A stretch of 64,000 nucleotides of DNA, from contig JAGVWE010000005.1 in NCBI GenBank assembly GCA_018304425.1, positions 96,001 through 160,000 of the forward strand, given 5' to 3'. The translations under genes and the position numbers were made by a program. The first letter of the stretch is position 1, and every line of letters begins with the position of its first letter. Source of the DNA: Candidatus Iainarchaeum sp. (GTDB lineage Archaea; Iainarchaeota; Iainarchaeia; Iainarchaeales; UBA10219). The notes under the pieces were generated by a model, which had not been told where the DNA came from, did no database searches, and saw only the letters and a list, made by a program, of their open reading frames with translations. Of this stretch, positions 41,011 to 50,419 are shown one piece after another.

Positions 41011-43638
41011 ATGGCGTTCGACCACAAGGAAATCGAGAACAAGTGGCAGCGGTTTTGGGCCGAGGCCACGGTTTTCGAGGTAACCGAGGACCCCGAGAAA
41101 GACAAGTACTATGTCTTGGAGATGTTCCCCTACCCCTCGGGAAAGCTCCACATGGGGCACGTGAGGAACTACGCGATTGGCGATGCGCTGGCGCGGTTCA
41201 AGCGCATGCAGGGCTTCAACGTCTTGTACCCCATGGGGTATGACTCGTTTGGCTTGCCGGCGGAGAACGCCGCCATCGAGCACAAGGCCAACCCCAGGCT
41301 GTGGACGTACGAGAAAATCAACCAGATGCGGGGCCAGCAAATCCAGATGGGGTTCAGCTATGACTGGAGCCGCATGGTGAAGACCTGCGAGCCCGAGTAC
41401 TACAAGTGGAACCAGTGGATTTTCCTCAAGCTCATGGAAAAAGGCCTGGCCTACCGGAAGAACGCGCCCGTCAACTGGTGTGAGAAGTGCCAGACCGTGC
41501 TGGCCAACGAACAGGTCGTCAATGGCAGCTGCTGGCGGTGTGGAACGGAAGTTTCGGAGAAGGCGCTGGAGCAATGGTTTTTGAAGATCACCGCGTACGC
41601 GGACGAGCTACTGGCCGGCATTGACAAGCTCACGGAGTGGCCGGAACGCGTCCGCGTCATGCAGCAGAACTGGATCGGGAAAAGCGAGGGCGTTGAAATC
41701 TTCTTCAAGGTCAAGGACTCGCATCACGTCATCAGCACCTATACCGCCCACTGGAACACGATTTATGGGGTCACTTTCCTGGTGCTGGCCCCGGAGCACC
41801 CGCTGGCGCTCGAACTGGTAAAGGGGACGCCGAAGGAGAAGGACGCGTTGAAGTTCATTTCCGAAATGAAGTGGCTGTCGCACATCGACCGGGTCAACCC
41901 GGACAAGGATAAGTTGGGCTTCGATTTGGGCGTCAAAGCCATAAACCCAGTCACAGGCAGGGAAATCCCGGTCTTCCTGACGAACTTCGTGCTCATGGAC
42001 TATGGCACGGGCGCCGTGATGGGGACGCCGGCGCACGACCAGCGCGACTTCGAGTTCGCGAAAAAGTATGGCTGCGAAGTCAGGGTCGTTGTCCAGCCCA
42101 GGGACCGGAAACTGGCTCCTGAGTGCATGGAACGCGCCTTCGTCGACGAGGGAATCATGGTCAACTCGGGACCGTTCAACGGCTTATCGAGCGCGGAAGC
42201 TATGCCCAAGGTGGCCACGCACCTCGTCAAGGAGCGGCTGGCCAAGCGCGCGGTCAATTACAAGATACGGGACTGGCTGGTTTCCAGGCAGCGGTTTTGG
42301 GGCACGCCGATTCCGGTCGTGTACTGCGATAAATGCGGCGTGGTCCCGGTTCCCGAGGACAAGCTACCGGTCAGGCTCCCGGATGCAGCGGAATTTGGCT
42401 TGGTGGGAAACCCCTTGCAGCACGTGAAGTCCTTCGTCGAAACGACTTGTCCGAGGTGCAGGGCCAAGGCGCGGAGGGAAACCGACACCATGGACACCTT
42501 TGTGGACAGTGCCTGGTATTTCCTGCGGTATTCTTCTCCCCGGGAGGCCAAAAAACCGTTTGACGAGAAGAAGGTCTGGCAGTGGATGCCCGTGGACCAG
42601 TACATTGGCGGCATCGAGCACGCCATCCTGCACCTCCTCTATGCGCGGTTCTTCACCAAGGCCTTGCGGGACCTCGGCCTCTTGGAGGTGGACGAGCCCT
42701 TCCAGCGGCTGCTGGCCCAGGGCATGGTGTTGAAGGACGGCGCGAAGATGTCCAAGAGCCTGGGCAACGTAGTGGACCCGGGCGAGATCATCGAAAGGTT
42801 TGGGGCCGACACCGCACGCGTGTTCATCTTGTTCGCGGCCCTGCCGGAAAAGGAATTCGAGTGGAGCGACCAGGGGGTTGAATCCGCACGGAGGTTCCTG
42901 GAACGCGTTTACCGCCTGGTGGAAGCCAGCAAGGGCGGCATGGCCCGGGGCGAGGCGAAGGAGAAAGACCTGGCCCAGTCCGAGCGGCTGCTGTTGTCGA
43001 AGGCGCATCGCACCATCCAGCGGGTCACCGAGCACATGGAGAACATGCGGTTCAATTACGCGCTTCAGGCGCTCATGGAGTTCGCCAACGACCTGGGCCG
43101 GCTGGAATGCAGGGATAGGAACGTGAAGTGGTTTGCGGTGCGGAGCCTGGTCCAGATGCTCTCTCCTTTCGCGCCCCACCTGGCCGAGGAACTGTGGCAG
43201 TCAACCAAGGAAAAGGGTTTTGTGTCGCTGAGCAAGTGGCCTGCCTGTGATGCGTCCAGGATTGACGTGGGGGCAGAAACCGCGGAAGCCTTCGTGGAAA
43301 GTGTTAAAGCGGACTTGAAGAATGTGTTGGCGCTCTCGAAAATCCAGAAGCCAAAGGCAGTTTACGTCTTTGTGGCGGCCAAGTGGAAGGCAACCGCCCT
43401 TGCCGTGGTACGGGAAGCCTGCAAGGGCAAGCCCGATGTGGGGTTGGCCATGAAGGCCTTGATGGCCCGGCCTGAGTTCAAGGCCCAGGGCAAGCAAATC
43501 GAGGCCTTTGCCCGGGCCGCGGCAAGAAAGGCAGGGGAAACCGGCAAACCCGTGGCATTGGATGAGTGCCCTTCCCGGGACCCCTTGAACAAGGCCCGGA
43601 ACGCCTTCCCCTTGAAGCCCGCCATTTACGTGGAGTGA
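41011..43638 (+). CDS. leuS: Leucyl-tRNA synthetase (bacterial-type core, archaeal-type C-terminus)
   Basis: [36 protein letters not shown]-terminal PLKPAIYVE. Confidence 0.96.
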   Translation: MAFDHKEIENKWQRFWAEATVFEVTEDPEKDKYYVLEMFPYPSGKLHMGHVRNYAIGDALARFKRMQGFNVLYPMGYDSFGLPAENAAIEHKANPRLWTYEKINQMRGQQIQMGFSYDWSRMVKTCEPEYYKWNQWIFLKLMEKGLAYRKNAPVNWCEKCQTVLANEQVVNGSCWRCGTEVSEKALEQWFLKITAYADELLAGIDKLTEWPERVRVMQQNWIGKSEGVEIFFKVKDSHHVISTYTAHWNTIYGVTFLVLAPEHPLALELVKGTPKEKDALKFISEMKWLSHIDRVNPDKDKLGFDLGVKAINPVTGREIPVFLTNFVLMDYGTGAVMGTPAHDQRDFEFAKKYGCEVRVVVQPRDRKLAPECMERAFVDEGIMVNSGPFNGLSSAEAMPKVATHLVKERLAKRAVNYKIRDWLVSRQRFWGTPIPVVYCDKCGVVPVPEDKLPVRLPDAAEFGLVGNPLQHVKSFVETTCPRCRAKARRETDTMDTFVDSAWYFLRYSSPREAKKPFDEKKVWQWMPVDQYIGGIEHAILHLLYARFFTKALRDLGLLEVDEPFQRLLAQGMVLKDGAKMSKSLGNVVDPGEIIERFGADTARVFILFAALPEKEFEWSDQGVESARRFLERVYRLVEASKGGMARGEAKEKDLAQSERLLLSKAHRTIQRVTEHMENMRFNYALQALMEFANDLGRLECRDRNVKWFAVRSLVQMLSPFAPHLAEELWQSTKEKGFVSLSKWPACDASRIDVGAETAEAFVESVKADLKNVLALSKIQKPKAVYVFVAAKWKATALAVVREACKGKPDVGLAMKALMARPEFKAQGKQIEAFARAAARKAGETGKPVALDECPSRDPLNKARNAFPLKPAIYVE

Positions 43639-43641
43639 AGG

Positions 43642-44544
43642 ATGCCCATGTTACTGCAAGCAAATGGTGACCTAGCCGCCCAGAATTTGCTGAACTTGTT
43701 TGGCTTGAATTCCCTGGGCCAGCTCGCGCTCAACGCGGCTTTCATGGTCATGGTGTTGGTGGTGGCCTATCTTTTGCAGGCCGTCCTGGCCTGGTTCATT
43801 GACTGGAATTTTTCGGCCAAGTCCTTCATCGGGCGGCGGCGAAAAATCACGGAGTTTGGCTTGAAAATCGCCAAGCGGTTCACGACGTTTTTCATCTACT
43901 TTGTCGCGCTGGCGTTTATCCTGGGCGCCTACAACATCGACTTGACTGCCATCATCGCCGTGCTGGGCGTGGGAGGCATTGCCGTGGCCCTCGCCGCCCA
44001 GGAAACCCTTTCAAACCTGATTGCGGGCTTCGTGTTGTTGACCGACAAGCCGTTCAAGGTGGGCGACCGGATTTCCCTGCGGTCCAGCGCCCAGCAACGC
44101 AAGGAAGACGATGCCGACGAGTGGGGGTACGTCATCGACATCGGCTGGAGGAGCACCCGCATCCGCACCAAGGAAAACATTTACCTCACCATTCCCAACG
44201 CGGAGTTGACGAAGCGGGAAATCTATAACTACACCATCAAGGACCCGACTTACCGCCTGTGGATGCCCCTGCAGATAAGCTATGAAAGCGATTACGACAA
44301 GGCCAAGGCCCTGTTGCTCCAGGCCTGCCGGGAAAGCCCCTTCGTCATCCAGGGAAAGCGGAACGAGGCCGTCCACAAGGGCTTTGGCGATTCCGGCGTC
44401 AAGCTGATGCTGCGGGTGTGGATTAAGAATGCCGAGGAACGCGGCCAGGCCCGGAGCGACCTCTACGAGCGCATCCAGCGGGCGTTCAAGGAAAACGGCA
44501 TAGTCATCCCCTATCCGCGCATTCAACTCGTGCAACAAAAATAG
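43642..44544 (+). CDS. mscS: Small-conductance mechanosensitive channel
   Basis: GIAVALAAQETLSNLIAG, PFKVGD, IGWRST, IPN, IPYP. Confidence 0.92.
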   Translation: MPMLLQANGDLAAQNLLNLFGLNSLGQLALNAAFMVMVLVVAYLLQAVLAWFIDWNFSAKSFIGRRRKITEFGLKIAKRFTTFFIYFVALAFILGAYNIDLTAIIAVLGVGGIAVALAAQETLSNLIAGFVLLTDKPFKVGDRISLRSSAQQRKEDDADEWGYVIDIGWRSTRIRTKENIYLTIPNAELTKREIYNYTIKDPTYRLWMPLQISYESDYDKAKALLLQACRESPFVIQGKRNEAVHKGFGDSGVKLMLRVWIKNAEERGQARSDLYERIQRAFKENGIVIPYPRIQLVQQK

Positions 44545-44556
44545 CTGGTGTCTGGA

Positions 44557-46278
44557 CTACATCCGTTCCAGGACGTCGATGGCCAGCAGGTGCAAGGCGT
44601 TCTGCAAGACGATGGACACGGCTTCCACGAGCGCCAGCCGGGCTTCCATGGTTTGTGTTTCGGCTTGCAGCACCGGCACCTCATGGTAGTAGGCGTTGAA
44701 TTCCGAGGCCAATTGCAGGAGGAACTGCGCGATTTTGTGGGTGGTGACAGCTGCCAGGGAGTCGTGCACGACCTGGGGATAGCCTTCCAGGAGGGCCAGC
44801 AGGCGCTTTTCTTTCTCGTGGGAGAGCCGCACATAGTCGACTTTTTTCGGTAGCTTGCCGGCCTTGGCAAGGATGCTTTTTGCGCGCGCGTACGCGTAGA
44901 GGAGGTAGGGCCCGGTTTCGCCGTCAAAGGAAATGCTTTCCGATGGGTTGAAGACCATGTCCTTGACCGGGTCGACGCGCACCATGTAGAACTTGAGCGC
45001 TGACAAGGCGATGACGTTGGCGCGTTCGTTGAGCTCCTTTTCCTTGAGGTCAGCGTAGCGCTTGCGCAGTTCCTCCTTGGCCAGAAGCTCGAGTTCGTCG
45101 AGGAGGTCGTCGGCGTCAACCACGGTCCCTTCTCGGGACTTCATCCTGCCTTCGGGGAGGTTGACCAGGCCATAGCTCAGGTGATAGAGCCGTTCCGCCC
45201 ACGCGTGGCCGAGGAGCTGGAGGCAGCGGAACAACTGCCGGAAGTGCAGGTTCTGCTCCGAGGCGACCACGTAAATGGCTTTGTCGAAATGGAATTCGTC
45301 ATAGCGGGCTTTGGCCAGGTAAAGGTCTTGGGTGATGTAGAGGCAGGTGCCGTCCGAGCGAAGCAGGTGCTTCTTCCCGAGCCCGTATTCCTCGAGGTCG
45401 GCCACGATTCCGCCCTTCTCGTCCCGTTGGAAGACGCCCTTGCCGAGGCCTTCCTCGACCATCTGCTTGCCCTGGTCGTAGAACTCGCTCTCATGGTATT
45501 CCTTGTCAAGCACCACGCCAAGGCGGCCCGTGGTCTCCTTATAGCCCTCAAGCACCCAGTCCAGCGTCTTTCGCCAGAGGGCGCGCACTCTCTTGTCGCC
45601 CTCCTCCCACTTCCGAATCATTTCGATGGCTTGGCTTTCGAGGGAAGGGTCCTTCGCGGCCTCCTTCACGAACCGCACATACCAGTCGCCCACGAAGTGG
45701 TCGGATTTGAGGGCCTCGCTTTCCGGAGTCTTTCCCTCGCCCCAGCGCTCGTAGGCCAGCATGGCCTTGCAGATGGCCGCGCCCCGGTCATTGTAGATGG
45801 TGGTGCGCACCACCTTGAAACCGTGGTTGGCAAAGAGGCGGTTCACGGCCAGGCCCAGGCAGATGTTGCGCAAGTGCCCGAGGTGCAGGGGCTTGTTGGT
45901 GTTGGGGCCATAGTACTCGTTGACAATGGTCTTGCCCTTGCCCGCCGAACTTGAACCGAATTTTTCGCGCTCTGACCGCACCTGCTGCAATACTTTTTCG
46001 GCGAGCGCCTGCTTTTGCACGAAGAAGTTGAGGTAGGGGCCGAAGGCCTTGGCCTCGCTGATGTCCGCGGGTTTCACGATTTTCTTGGCGAGCTCCTGGG
46101 CGATGACGGGAGGGGCTTTCTTGAAGGCGGCCGCGAGCTTGAAGCAGGGAAAGGCGTAGTCGCCGAGCTCGGGCTTGGGCGGCGCCTCCAGCAATCCCGC
46201 GACTTGGTCGGCCGGGAAATCCGGCAAGGCGATGGCTTTCTCCAGGGCCCTTGCGACTGCCTGCTTGAAGTCCGTCAT
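44557..46278 (-). CDS. argS: Arginyl-tRNA synthetase
   Basis: GDYAFPCF, PNTNKPLHLGHLRN, MKSREG, GETGPYLLYAYAR, ERM end. Confidence 0.97.
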   Translation of the reverse strand: MTDFKQAVARALEKAIALPDFPADQVAGLLEAPPKPELGDYAFPCFKLAAAFKKAPPVIAQELAKKIVKPADISEAKAFGPYLNFFVQKQALAEKVLQQVRSEREKFGSSSAGKGKTIVNEYYGPNTNKPLHLGHLRNICLGLAVNRLFANHGFKVVRTTIYNDRGAAICKAMLAYERWGEGKTPESEALKSDHFVGDWYVRFVKEAAKDPSLESQAIEMIRKWEEGDKRVRALWRKTLDWVLEGYKETTGRLGVVLDKEYHESEFYDQGKQMVEEGLGKGVFQRDEKGGIVADLEEYGLGKKHLLRSDGTCLYITQDLYLAKARYDEFHFDKAIYVVASEQNLHFRQLFRCLQLLGHAWAERLYHLSYGLVNLPEGRMKSREGTVVDADDLLDELELLAKEELRKRYADLKEKELNERANVIALSALKFYMVRVDPVKDMVFNPSESISFDGETGPYLLYAYARAKSILAKAGKLPKKVDYVRLSHEKEKRLLALLEGYPQVVHDSLAAVTTHKIAQFLLQLASEFNAYYHEVPVLQAETQTMEARLALVEAVSIVLQNALHLLAIDVLERM

Positions 46279-46314
46279 ACTCCATTCACCCGAGGAAGTT
46301 GTTTTAAGGGAAAG

Positions 46315-46389
46315 CGGACGTGGTGGGATTTGAACCCACGACCCTCAGCTTAGAAGGCTGACGCGCTATCCAGGCTGCGCTACACGTCC
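46315..46389 (-). tRNA. tRNA-Arg(TCT)
   Basis: GGACGTG/CACGTCC acceptor, anticodon loop CTTCTAA; directly upstream of argS. Confidence 0.95.
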
Positions 46390-46442
46390 CTCCGACCAGT
46401 CAAAGAATTGACGCGAACAACCTATTTAAACGTATTTATCGG

Positions 46443-47444
46443 TCAATGAGGGGTTTTCCCGGTGTTGAAGACCTTGTTGAGTTTGTCTTTCACCGTGAAC
46501 TGGTGGGTTTTCACGTCAAACAACCAGACCCGGAGTTTGGGGTTGTTGAACACCGGGGAGAGGGGCGTGCTCCGGTCCTGCTTGTGGAACACTTTCTGGG
46601 TGGGGCGCCGGTGGGTGTTGAGGCTCCCGTCCGGCAAGACGAAAACGAATTCGTCCACGTCCACGGCATAGGCCAGTTTTTCCTTGAGCTTTCCCTCGCT
46701 GGGCCGCGTCAGCACTTCCACGCCCATGCGTTTGCCGTCAAAGGTCTCCACGAAGAAGTCGAAGCGGCCCTTGCGCGGGGTCTTCGCGCGCTCCTTTCGC
46801 AGCACGGTGGCTTTCTCGGCCACGACGTTGACGAGCCTCCGCTCGAACAAATGCATTTTGTTGAGTTCGTGCCGCGTGTAGAGGTGCATGAGGGGCGTCA
46901 AGTGGTTGCCCGGCTCCATGGAGGCCTTCTCGCCCTCCGAGTAACTGAACCGCACCGGGGCCTTGCAGAGTTTCTGGAGCAGGCCCTCGAATTGCCTGAG
47001 TTTTGGCTGGGTGCCTTCAACTACCACCATGTTGGAGAAGCCGTCCGCCATGTCCACGAACAAGCCGTTGTCCGCCTTGACGACGATGTCCGCGAAGAAG
47101 AGGTCGAACAAGACGTTGTAGTCCTTGAACAACGGGGCCAGGTTTTTGGCGTCCAGTTCCGCGGCCAGGCTGGTCTTGTCCTGGTAGGCGTCCAGGGAAG
47201 CCCTGCGGCGCAGGTGGTGGCTCTGGCAGAACCGGTTGAATATCTCTTGAATGCGTTCATGGGGGAGGTTCAACCGCGTGTAAATCCGGTTCAAGGGCTC
47301 CAAGCGGTTGATTTCGAGGCGGAGTTTCTTGCACCCCGTCTGCTGGAGGGCCTTCGGCAGGTAGGTCCAGAGAAAGTCGTAGACTTCCGGCCGGCCGTTG
47401 GCCGCCAGGGAAAACGTGAGGGTCACGAATTGCTTGGCCTGCAT
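46443..47444 (-). CDS. Hypothetical protein with C-terminal PD-(D/E)xK-like nuclease fold
   Basis: RFDFFVE....MGVEVLT....K...Y...VDEFVFVLP pattern. Confidence 0.55.
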   Translation of the reverse strand: MQAKQFVTLTFSLAANGRPEVYDFLWTYLPKALQQTGCKKLRLEINRLEPLNRIYTRLNLPHERIQEIFNRFCQSHHLRRRASLDAYQDKTSLAAELDAKNLAPLFKDYNVLFDLFFADIVVKADNGLFVDMADGFSNMVVVEGTQPKLRQFEGLLQKLCKAPVRFSYSEGEKASMEPGNHLTPLMHLYTRHELNKMHLFERRLVNVVAEKATVLRKERAKTPRKGRFDFFVETFDGKRMGVEVLTRPSEGKLKEKLAYAVDVDEFVFVLPDGSLNTHRRPTQKVFHKQDRSTPLSPVFNNPKLRVWLFDVKTHQFTVKDKLNKVFNTGKTPH

Positions 47445-47622
47445 TCAACGCAATGGAATGGCAAAAGGATTTTAATGGGTTTACCCATGATTTTCCGTAA
47501 ACGCTTCCTTGTCCTGCCTTGCAGGACGATGCCCCCCAATGCAAGGCATTGGATGGTTGCCAAGGGCAAAAGGGTTTTTATAGGGTTCGTGCCTCAATTT
47601 GGGCAATCAAAGGGTTTTCTGC

Positions 47623-48495
47623 ATGAATTCCAGGCTCTGGCTCGCCATTTTCATGGTGTTGTTGTCTTTCCAGGTGGTGTCTGCCCTCCAGGTGCAGCCC
47701 GTCGAGGAGAACCCGATTCCGGGCATGACCAAGGCCGAGGCCCTCCGGATAACGGAAGTCATGCAGTCCAAGAACGCGGACTGCCGGTGGCGGTATGACA
47801 AGGCCATGGTCATCGACTACTTGTTGACCGGCAAGGGTTATACGTTCAAGACCGGGATTGGCCTCCAGGAATGCGTCCGGATTGCCATGGGCAAGCCCAT
47901 CGGGCCAGGCTTCACGCGGGGCATGGAAAAGGAGAAGCCGAAATTCGAGCGCAAGTCACCCATTGCCAAGCCCTTGACCGAAGAAGAAGTCCTGGCCAAG
48001 GAATTGAAGGTCAAGCGCGAGCAAGGCAAGCGCATTGCCAACGTCGTGCGCCGCTCGGACGCGGTGTGCCGCCGGCTCTACAACGAGGACGTCATGGCTG
48101 AATTCTTTGTCTCGGGAAAGGGCACGTCGGCCAAGGAAAGAAGCCTCGAACAATGCCTTGGTTTGGGCAAGACCCTTTTAGGGTATGAGATGGGAACCCT
48201 GACGGCGCCGGCCGCCACGTACGTGCAGAACCGGCCGCCTTCCAACAAGCCCGCCATCGAGTTGCCGGGAACCCTGCAAGACTGGCAGGTGTCGAGAATC
48301 ATTGACGCGGCCATGACCGCCCGCATTTCGGGCAAGGCCTGCCGCAACTACTACGACCGAGGGGAACTGAAGGCCGCGCTCCTGGATGGCGTGGCGCCCG
48401 CCCAGACCGCGGAACTCCTCCGGCAAGGCAACAACCCGGACGTCTTCGACTGCGTGAGAAACGGGCTGCGCATCTCAAACATCAGGGTACGGTAG
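47623..48495 (+). CDS. Secreted protein with three internal C..Y..G..C repeats
   Basis: Signal peptide; CRWRYD..LTGKG..QEC / CRRLYN..VSGKG..EQC / CRNYYD..LDG..FDC. Confidence 0.65.
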   Translation: MNSRLWLAIFMVLLSFQVVSALQVQPVEENPIPGMTKAEALRITEVMQSKNADCRWRYDKAMVIDYLLTGKGYTFKTGIGLQECVRIAMGKPIGPGFTRGMEKEKPKFERKSPIAKPLTEEEVLAKELKVKREQGKRIANVVRRSDAVCRRLYNEDVMAEFFVSGKGTSAKERSLEQCLGLGKTLLGYEMGTLTAPAATYVQNRPPSNKPAIELPGTLQDWQVSRIIDAAMTARISGKACRNYYDRGELKAALLDGVAPAQTAELLRQGNNPDVFDCVRNGLRISNIRVR

Positions 48496-49120
48496 AAGCC
48501 CCGAATCCGCTTGTCTTACGGGAAAACGAGTAGACCAGCCCCGCATACAGCAGGTCCCACCCCAGAATGGATGCGAAAAGGAAAGGCAGCAAAATGGATT
48601 CCTGGGCAACCGGTTTATACAAATAGAATGCGAGGCTCGCGGCAGCCGTTCCCAGCAATTTGAGCACCGCAATGGAAGCAGATTGGCCCCTCAAATTGCC
48701 GCGGTTCAACAGCATGGCAACGAACAACATGGACATCACCAGGTTCTGTCCGAAGGCAGCATACACGCCGTCAAAGTCGTGGAATTCTTGGCTGACCAAC
48801 AACACCAAGCCAAAGGCCGTGAGCAGGACCAGCACAAAGCATGCATAAAATTGTTGGGGGGAAAGACGGGGAAACTCGTTTCGCCCGAATTTCAGGAATT
48901 CCAATGCGATGAATACATCCAAAAAGAGCCATGCAACGTTGATGTAAAGCTGGGGGGCGGCCGGCGGGTACAGGAACGAAAAAATGAACTCCCAGGAGAG
49001 GTTGGCGCACAAGGCAAACAAGGGCATTCCATAGGTCTGGTCCTTGAAGCCCCGCCAAATAATTAGCAGGTAGGCAAGCGACCAAAAGAAGCCGCTCGCA
49101 TTCATCAATGCCTGGAACAT
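48482..49120 (-). CDS. Pyr4/PaxB-like integral-membrane terpene cyclase homolog
   Basis: W..AY..I..GFKD.TYGMP..A.C.N.SWE, W..LD, RGQS..IA..K..GT, D..Y; ~7 TMs. Confidence 0.75.
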   Translation of the reverse strand: MFQALMNASGFFWSLAYLLIIWRGFKDQTYGMPLFALCANLSWEFIFSFLYPPAAPQLYINVAWLFLDVFIALEFLKFGRNEFPRLSPQQFYACFVLVLLTAFGLVLLVSQEFHDFDGVYAAFGQNLVMSMLFVAMLLNRGNLRGQSASIAVLKLLGTAAASLAFYLYKPVAQESILLPFLFASILGWDLLYAGLVYSFSRKTSGFGASTVP

Positions 49121-49147
49121 GGTGCAACCACCGGCGCATGACCGGCT

Positions 49148-49246
49148 GTGCCATACCCTGTATGGCACTTTTTCGCCAGCCTTTTGTAAAAAGGCTGTGG
49201 CATGCCTAGTATGCCACTTTTTCGCCAGCCTTTTGTAAAAAGGCTG
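49148..49246 (-). repeat. Two-hairpin interspersed repeat, tandem copies C1/C2 (49-bp period) after tRNA-Gly
   Basis: AGCCTTTTTACAAAAGGCTG-GCGAAAAA-GTG(G/C)CAT..ATG(C/G)CAC twice on the minus strand. Confidence 0.85.
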
Positions 49247-49249
49247 GAG

Positions 49250-49320
49250 TGCAGCCGCCGGGGGTCGAACCCGGGTCGAAAGCTTGGGAAGCTCTCATCC
49301 TGCCACTAGACTACGGCTGC
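49250..49320 (-). tRNA. tRNA-Gly(CCC)
   Basis: GCAGCCG/CGGCTGC acceptor, anticodon loop TTCCCAA. Confidence 0.95.
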
Positions 49321-49376
49321 GTCCAGGGATTTTGGGCGGGGAATGGTTTTAAAGACAACGCCCTTACCCTCCTTGC

Positions 49377-50030
49377 ATGGCGAGGCTCTCCCCCCGAGAA
49401 GCGGCGGCCGAGGCCTTCAAGCGGCTCCACAAGGCGTATCCAGACGCCAAAGTCGAGTTACGGCATGCGAACCCCTTGGAGTTGCTGGTGGCAACCATGC
49501 TCTCCGCGCAGTGCACGGATGCCCGCGTCAACCAGGTCACGCCCGCGTTGTTCAAGAAGTATGGGTCGGCGGCCGACTACGCGAACGCGGACCTGAAAAC
49601 ACTGGAACGGGAAATCCATTCCACGGGGTTCTACAAGAACAAGGCCAAAAACATCGTGAACACGTGCAAGATAATCGTGGAAAGGCACGGCGGCCGGGTG
49701 CCGGAGTCGATGGCGGAATTGACGGAGTTGCCGGGCGTGGCGCGGAAGACCGCGAACATCGTGTTGGCGTCAGCCTTTGGAATCGTGGACGGCATTCCCG
49801 TGGACACGCACGTATGGCGGGTCTCGCAGCGGCTGGGGTTGACGAAGTTCGATGACCAGGACAAAATCGAGCGAGCCCTGTGCGCGTTGCTGCCGCGCGG
49901 GAAATGGTGGCCCTTTTCGACGCTGCTCATCTGGCACGGTCGCCATACCTGCATGGCCCGCAAGCCGGCTTGCAGCCGGTGCCCGTTGAACGACTTCTGC
50001 CCGCGCGTGGACGTGAGGGTGAGCGAGTGA
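49377..50030 (+). CDS. nth: Endonuclease III
   Basis: LSAQCTD, HhH LPGVARKTAN, VDTHV, C..RKP.C..CPL...C 4Fe-4S motif. Confidence 0.96.
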   Translation: MARLSPREAAAEAFKRLHKAYPDAKVELRHANPLELLVATMLSAQCTDARVNQVTPALFKKYGSAADYANADLKTLEREIHSTGFYKNKAKNIVNTCKIIVERHGGRVPESMAELTELPGVARKTANIVLASAFGIVDGIPVDTHVWRVSQRLGLTKFDDQDKIERALCALLPRGKWWPFSTLLIWHGRHTCMARKPACSRCPLNDFCPRVDVRVSE

Positions 50031-50356
50031 AACCGCCCCTTCGGGAAATCGAGGCCGAAGAGTTGGTCAAGCAATTGAAGTCCAAGAAGAGGCCGGTGGT
50101 GTTGGACGTGCGTTCCGTGGATGAATTCCTCGTGGACCACTTGGAGGGCGCGGTGCACGTGCCCGTGCAGGAACTGCAGGCCCGTGCCGGGGAGCTGGCG
50201 GCCTTCAAGGGCAAGGCCATGGTATGCGTGTGCGAGCACGGCCAGCGGAGCAGCATGGCGGCCGCCATCCTCTCCTGGATGGGCTTCCAGGGCGTGCAAA
50301 GCCTCCAAGGCGGCCTCGCAGAATGGCGGGAAAAGGGGCATAAGACGGTTAAATGA
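50027..50356 (+). CDS. Rhodanese-like protein
   Basis: LDVR...EF...H..GA, C.HGQRS, L.GG...W; GTG start overlapping nth stop. Confidence 0.88.
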   Translation: MKPPLREIEAEELVKQLKSKKRPVVLDVRSVDEFLVDHLEGAVHVPVQELQARAGELAAFKGKAMVCVCEHGQRSSMAAAILSWMGFQGVQSLQGGLAEWREKGHKTVK

Positions 50357-50419
50357 CCCTCCTGACCGGAGTTTTTAAGGCCCAAAAGGTTTAACTGCAC
50401 CTGAACGCAATTAGTTACT

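Noticed and set aside
49148-49246. CRISPR-like repeat-spacer-repeat
   Set aside because: Only two units; the apparent spacers are related 21-bp hairpins; no cas genes
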